NCBI GenBank assembly: GCA_964016885.1
Contig: OZ024742.1
Location: forward strand, 930,001 to 994,000
Reading direction: 5' to 3'
DNA: 64,000 nucleotides
From: Eledone cirrhosa
Lineage: Eukaryota
Shown here: positions 56,966 to 64,000 of the stretch, in pieces
How positions within the stretch are numbered: the first letter of the stretch is position 1
How the letters are laid out: each line of letters begins with the position of its first letter
Notes under the pieces: generated by a model
What the model was told of the DNA's origin: nothing
Seen by the model: the letters and a program-made list of their open reading frames with translations, nothing else
The model's database searches: none
Program-made: the position numbers and the translations under genes

Positions 56966-57524
56966 AGGTCCTTAAAACACAGGAGTAAAATATTCTATGT
57001 TGCTCAGAGAGCAAAATATTTTTTTAAAAATCAATTAAATTCTATCTGCACTGTGTTAAGAAGGGCATCCAACTGTAGAAAACCTGCCAGAAAGTCCTAT
57101 GCGAGCAAGACAATCACTCTTGCCTCAAGTGGGAAAACCCCCGTCCAAACCCATGCAAGCGTGGAACACAGCCGTTAAACGTTGATGATGATGATGATGA
57201 TGATGACTGTCATCAAATATATATTCTAGTCTAACACAATACGGCAGTTGTTGGTGGTACAGAACATATATGGCACGCTTGGATGGGCTGGATACACACA
57301 CAATGACACACACTGTGTGTGTAGTTAGATGACAAATCTCTCAGTAAAGTAATTAGTCAACTAAAGACAGTAGGGATGGTCATGGTGGAGTGGCACAAAT
57401 GGTAGGCTGACAAATACTTAACACTACTTAGTTAAGTCTATTTAGGTTCAGAGGTCACATGGTCTCTTGACTTGTTAGAAATAGCAACCAAATCATACCT
57501 CACCATCTTACAAAAAAAGAGGAC

Positions 57525-57945
57525 ACCACTAACTGGGAGAGTTTCCACCACTAACTGGGGAGTTTCCACCACTAACTGGGGAGTTTCCACCACTAACTGG
57601 GGAGTTTCCACCACTAACTGGGGAGTTTCCACCACTAACTGGGGAGTTCCCACCACTAACTGGGGAGTTCTCACCACCACCACTACTTACTGAGGGAGTG
57701 CCCACCTCTACCACTACTTGCTGGGGGGAGTTCCCACCACTTACTGAGGGAGTTCCTACCACTACCACCACATTACTGGGGGAGTTCCCACCACTACCAC
57801 CACTTATTGGGGGAGTTCCCACCACTACCACCACTTATTGGGGGAGTTCCCACCACTACCACCACTACCACCACTTATTGGGGGAGTTCCCACCACTACC
57901 ACCACTTACTGGGAGAGTTCCCATTACTACCACTTACTGGGGGTT
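57525..57945. repeat. 21-bp repeat expanding to 30 bp
   Basis: CCACCACTAACTGGGGAGTTT then CCACCACTACCACCACTTATTGGGGGAGTT. Confidence 0.88.
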
Positions 57946-58053
57946 ATTGTAGAATATAAAAATATCAGATGATGTTTTATTAAAACAGTGAGTCTAACAA
58001 AAGGCATTCTGTTTCATATGAAGACACACTATACTTTATATAAGAAGACTTAC

Positions 58054-58116
58054 CTTTCATTATTTGCTTGAGAAACAATTCTAGATTTCTCCAATAAGTA
58101 TTTCTCCACAATAGCA
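58054..58116 (-). CDS. MYO9: Unconventional myosin IX-like, motor domain exon (first in window)
   Basis: ttttcag|T GCT ATT...GAA AG|gtaagt; encodes AIVEKYLLEKSRIVSQANNE(R), the myosin YLLEKSR motif; phase compatible with the next exon. Confidence 0.93.
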
Positions 58117-58761
58117 CTGAAAATATAATTAACAATAATTATAATTAACAAATTATTACAGTGAAATATTAATGAAACATATTAAAACTGGTTTCTGGCA
58201 TAGAAAAGACACAAGGTCAGAAATGTGATAATGAAAAACAAAAATATTTGTAATCCATTTGTAGTGAAATTATTCATCAGCCACGAAATTATAGCTATTC
58301 ATGTATTGTATGAATTGACATATTTATATTTCAACATTTTAGTGAAAATCTTTCCAAATGACCAAACACAAGCATGGGGTCACTCTTGTATATAAAAAGC
58401 AAAACAGAGAGCAGCCATTCTCACAGTTGATAGCAGTAAAAATGTCAGTAGCTGAAACCACCTTGGTCAGTTGATTGACAGCCTGTCCTGTTTATCACAT
58501 CTTACTCTCTCAAAATTCCTCACTCATATCATTAGTGTATCTGTCTCTCTCTTGACAATTGGATGGAGGAAAAGCAACTTTAACCCTGGGAGGGAAATAC
58601 TGCAGGATAATATATCTAGAACTATACCAGTCATATCTACCACAACCTAGGGTAATACATCTAGAGCTATACCAGACCTGCTATCTAACACTAACACACT
58701 AACACTAAAACATTAACACACTAAGAAGACATCAGCTGAAATAAAACAGCACAGAACATCC

Positions 58762-59100
58762 CCACCACCGACTCCACTACTACCACCACCACCATGACCA
58801 ACACCACCACCACCACCACCACCACCACCCCCACCATCAACACCCCCACCACCACAAACACCTCCACCACCATCAACACCTCGTGGTGGTGGCGATGGTG
58901 GTGGTGATGGTGGTGGTGGAGCTGGTGGTGGTGGTGGTGATCAATGTGATGGCGGTGGTGGTGATGATGAATGTGATGGCGGTGGTGGTGATGATGAATG
59001 TGATGGTGGTAGTGGTGGTGATGATGGTGGTGGTGGTGATTGTGGTGGTGGTGGTAATGGTGGTAGTGATTGTGGTGGTGGTGATGGTGGTGGTGGTGAT
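58762..59100. repeat. (CCA)n abutting (TGG)n, inverted trinucleotide tracts
   Basis: Polarity switches at 58881-58883. Confidence 0.85.
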
Positions 59101-59357
59101 AATAGTCAGGATATAGCTACTTTACCAATGTCTCCTGATTTATATGGTTTCCTGTGAAGACACAAACATATACATACGTTCACCAACATATACTCACAGA
59201 CACATACATACACATGTACATAAACACACTCACATATGCACACAGATACATACATACACATGTACATAAACACACTCATACATACATACACACATTCAGT
59301 AACTAGTCAGTGTGGTACTGTACATGAAACAGTTACTATATAAATATATATATATAT

Positions 59358-59706
59358 GGAGGCACATGGCTTAGTGGTTAGAGCATTGGCCTTGCAATCG
59401 AAAGGTTGTGAGTTCAATTCTCAGACCAGGTGATGTGTTGTTTCCTTGAGCAAGACACTTTATTTCACATTGCTCCAGTTTACTCAGCTGTAGAAATGAG
59501 ATGGAAGGGACTGGGGTCCATATCATTCCACTGCAGAGTGGTCGTGGAGGTGCCACGGCAAAAAAGCACCCATCACTCACTGTAAATGAGGTTGGTGTTA
59601 GGAAGGGCATCCAGCTGTAGAAATCAAGCCGGAATCAGTTCCCGTCTCACCCTTGCAAGCAGAGAAAGCAGGGAAAAGCGGACGTATGATGATGATGATG
59701 ATGATG
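59358..59706 (+). mobile_element. SINE family C copy
   Basis: Near-identical to 30558-30898. Confidence 0.88.
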
Positions 59707-60487
59707 ACGACGCACACTGCATAGACAAAGTTTCATACATTAACATGTATGCGTGACCGTAGCTTTTGACGGTCCAGTTATGGCCACCACTGTATAGTGG
59801 GATATATATATATATATATATATCCTGTATGAGCAAGGCATGGTCAGCCAACCGGACACTGCCCACCACAGGACAACCTGTCTAGCCCATGCTAGCATGG
59901 AAGAACGGACGTAAAACGGTGGTGATGATGATGATATATATATATGTGACCATATGTGTATATATAAATGTTTAGTTATGTTTAGGATGAGGGGTCACCA
60001 TGAAAGCTCCTCAGTGATAGTGAGGCCATCTGGAACAAACATGAGGGATCTTCTAATTGTGCGGCTGTCCATATTTAAGAGAAATGAGGTACCAGTGATT
60101 ATATAGTTCAATACATTTACACAATAATAATAATTGATCTTTAATTGATTTGGTTTCAGTCATTTGAGATTGATCTGATATTATATAGCAGGGTAACGTC
60201 TTAGGTTTCAGCCATCATATCAATACCAGTACTTATTTTAATCTATTACTTATTATTGATTTCTACCAAACTACTACATTATGGGACAAAAGCAATAACA
60301 CACACACAATATTAAACACACACACACTGAATATTAAACACACACACACACACTGAATATTAAACACACACACACACACACACACTGAATATTAAACACA
60401 CACACACTGAATATTAAACACACACACATTTATGCAATTAATATTTTCTAAAGAAATTGTGCCCTAACTCTGCGTGTGCACACACAC

Positions 60488-60563
<76 letters not shown>

Positions 60564-60579
60564 GTATATATATATAGAG

Positions 60580-61513
60580 AAACGAGTAGGACCCCGACGG
60601 CTGAGCTCAAGCTGTTTCGACGGCTAATACTGGACTAATTGAACATTTTTATCCTGGTATATGAATAGCCGAGCTATTGGTCAAAAGTTTGTTGTTGAGA
60701 CACATAATTCTATCATGGCAATTTGTCGAAGGAAGGGGTAGCTGAACCTGCCGGGATTCTGAATTATTATTTTGTATTAGTTTATTTTTTGCACTGGGTG
60801 GTTGCTGGTCTTGTGCCTAGGGTGGAGGCAATTATTTCGTATTAGTGTCAGGACTCTGAATTATTATTTCGTGGTAGTTTCTTTAGTATTTTGGCACCCC
60901 ACTTGTTGACCTGTCACCGTAGGATATACTCGGTTGATTACTACTAACTCTTAAAATGGTCTCATTACAATTCCGTCCCACCTAGTAAACTTTTCTATAG
61001 TTTAGCAGTACTAGTGAGAGACTTGATGATTGTCGTTAGGGAATAGTAACCAGAAATTGTTTTTTTATATTTTTAACATTATTGGTATTCGTCTATATAT
61101 TTACTCCATATTTATTTACTTAGTAGATTGCTTGACCTCCTGCCCTGCTGTAGTTGGCACTATCAACGCACGCACGACTGGGTTTCCTCCACTCCCTCTC
61201 CCTCTTTCTTCTACTGGCAGGTTCAGCTACCCCTTCCATCCACAAATTGCCATGATAGAATTATGTGTCTCAACAACAAACTTTTGACCAATCCTTGTGA
61301 CAGTCACTTTTATCATATATGGAATTACCCTCTGAGAAGCTCGGCTATGCATATACCAGAATAAAAATGTTCATTTAGTCCAGAATTAGCCGTCGAAACA
61401 GCTTGAGCTCAGCCATCGGGGTCCTACTCGTTCTTATTACCCACTCTACTACCCTAAGTATTGAGTACTTTGGTGCGTTATGGTCCACCTGGTTCCTTAC
61501 CACATTTCCTTCG

Positions 61514-61515
<2 letters not shown>
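60580..61515. mobile_element. Penelope-like terminal-repeat remnant with inverted arms
   Basis: Arms about 60580-60752 and 61216-61432 (inverted, about 45-bp indel); hammerhead motif in the right arm; bounded by (TA)n on both sides. Confidence 0.7.
61327..61422 (+). ncRNA. Degenerate type I hammerhead ribozyme motif
   Basis: ACCCU-CUGAGA-..CGGCUA[loop]UAGCCG..-GAAAC-AGCU UGAGCUCA GCC-AUC|GGGGU; the inverted copy has GUC; one core nucleotide is missing. Confidence 0.55.
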
Positions 61516-61572
<57 letters not shown>

Positions 61573-61704
61573 TATATAATTAGTCAAATGTAGCAAAGAT
61601 AAGATGTAAGAGTCTGGTCATCTGGTCAAACACTTTTTTAAGTGGCTAAAATTGTATCAGTCACTGACATCAAAATCAGACAATCAACTATATTTCATAT
61701 TAAC

Positions 61705-62095
61705 AGTCATAGCTACTCCCACCAGTCACAGCTACTCCCACCAGTGACAGCTACTCCCACCAGTCATAGCTACTCCCACCAGTGACAGCTACTCCCCACA
61801 GTCATAGCTACTCCCACCAGTGACAGCTACTCCCACCAGTCATAGCTACTCCCCACAGTCATAGCTACTCCCACCAGTGACAGCTACTCACCACAGTCAT
61901 AGCTACTCCCACCAGTCATAGCTACTCCCACCAGTGACAGCTACTCCCACCAGTCATAGCTACTCCCACCAGTCATAGCTACTCCCACCAGTGACAGCTA
62001 CTCCCACCAGTCATAGCTACTCCCACCAGTGACAGCTACTCCCACCAGTCATAGCTACTCCCACCAGTGACAGATACTCCCACCAGTCACAGCTA
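61705..62095. repeat. 19-bp minisatellite with alternating variants (38-bp dimer)
   Basis: CCAGTCATAGCTACTCCCA / CCAGTGACAGCTACTCCCA. Confidence 0.93.
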
Positions 62096-64000
62096 CAGTC
62101 TCACATCTCACTATTTCTCTAACAGTCTCACATCTCACTACTTCTCTAACACAGTCTCACATCTCACTACTTCTCTAACAGTCTCACATCTCACTACTTC
62201 TCTAACAGTCTCACATCTCACTACTTCTCTAACACAGTCTCATATCTCACTACTTCTCTAATACAGTCTCACATCTCAATACTACTCTAACACAGTCTCA
62301 CATCTCACTACTTCTCTAACACAGTCTCACATCTCACTACTTCTCTAATACAGTCTCACATCTCACTACTACTCTAACACAGTCTCACATCTCACTACTT
62401 CTCTAACACAGTCTCACATCTCACTACTTCTCTAACAGTCTCACATCTCACTACTTCTCTAACACAGTCTCACATCTCACTACTTCTCTAACAGTCTCAC
62501 ATCTCACTACTTCTCTAACAGTCTCACATCTCACTACTTCTCTAACACAGTCTCACATCTCACTACTTCTCTACTACAGTCTCACATCTCACTACTTCTC
62601 TAACAGTCTCACATCTCACTACTTCTCTAACACAGTCTCACATCTCACTACTTCTCTAACACAGTCTCACATCTTCTCTAATAGTCTCACATCTCACTAC
62701 TTCTCTAACAGTCTCACATCTCACTACTTCTCTAACAGTCTCACATCTCACTACTTCTCTAACATAGTCTCACATCTCACTACTTCTCTAATACAGTCTC
62801 ACATCTCACTACTTCTCTAACAGTCTCACATCTCACTACTTCTCTAACACAGTCTCACATCTCACTACTTCTCTAATAGTCTCACATCTCACTACTTCTC
62901 TAACACAGTCTCACATCTCACTACTTCTCTAACAGTCTCACATCTCACTACTTCTCTAACAGTGTCACATCTCACTGCTTCTCTAACACAGTCTCACATC
63001 TCACTACTTCTCTAACAGTCTCACATCTCACTACTTCTCTAACACAGTCTCACATCTCACTACTTCTCTAACAGTCTCACATCTCACTACTTCTCTAACA
63101 GTCTCACATCTCACTACTTCTCTAACACAGTCTCATATCTCACTACTTCTCTAATACAGTCTCACATCTCAATACTACTCTAACACAGTCTCACATCTCA
63201 CTACTTCTCTAACACAGTCTCACATCTCACTACTTCTCTAATACAGTCTCACATCTCACTCCTACTCTAACACAGTCTCACATCTCACTACTTCTCTAAC
63301 ACAGTCTCACATCTCACTACTTCTCTAACAGTCTCACATCTCACTACTTCTCTAACACAGTCTCACATCTCACTACTTCTCTAACACAGTCTCACATCTC
63401 ACTACTTCTCTAATACAGTCTCACATCTCACTACTTCTCTAACAGTCTCACATCTCACTACTTCTCTAACACAGTCTCACATCTCACTACTTCTCTAACA
63501 GTCTCACATCTCACTACTTCTCTAACAGTCTCACATCTCACTACTTCTCTAACAGTCTCACATCTCACTACTTCTCTAACACAGTCTCACATCTCACTAC
63601 TTCTCTACTACAGTCTCACATCTCACTACTTCTCTAACAGTCTCACATCTCACTACTTCTCTAACACAGTCTCACATCTCACTACTTCTCTAACACAGTC
63701 TCACATCTTCTCTAATAGTCTCACATCTCACTACTTCTCTAACAGTCTCACATCTCACTACTTCTCTAACAGTCTCACATCTCACTACTTCTCTAACAGT
63801 CTCACATCTCACTACTTCTCTAACAGTCTCACATCTCACTACTTCTCTAACACAGTCTCACATCTCACTACTTCTCTAATACAGTCTCACATCTCACTAC
63901 TTCTCTAACACAGTCTCACATCTCACTACTTCTCTAACACAGTCTCACATCTCACTACTTCTCTAATAGTCTCACATCTCACTACTTCTCTAACACGGTC
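62096..64000. repeat. 28/30-bp minisatellite, truncated by the window end
   Basis: ACAGTCTCACATCTCACTACTTCTCTA(AC)A. Confidence 0.96.

Overview
Repeat-rich eukaryotic genomic DNA, most likely an octopod cephalopod (inferred from the SINE families and the microsatellite landscape). The window lies inside a minus-strand class IX myosin (Myo9-like) gene. Seven short GT-AG exons (601 nt, 200 codons of the motor domain) splice in frame across 9056-58116, and the gene continues beyond both ends. The introns hold very large tandem arrays (42-bp, AT-rich 42-bp, a 14-kb 48-bp array, a 10-kb CA-rich array, 19-bp and 28/30-bp), a decayed near-full-length RTE LINE, a decayed Penelope-like element (RT + GIY-YIG) and several tRNA-derived SINE families. 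The most notable non-coding signals are two fold-back elements carrying type I hammerhead-ribozyme motifs. One near-intact motif is in the host-gene sense direction and is preceded by its own 162-bp antisense arm. There is also a tandem duplication of an exon end with its splice donor. Almost all long ORFs in the ORF track are artefacts of repeat periodicity.
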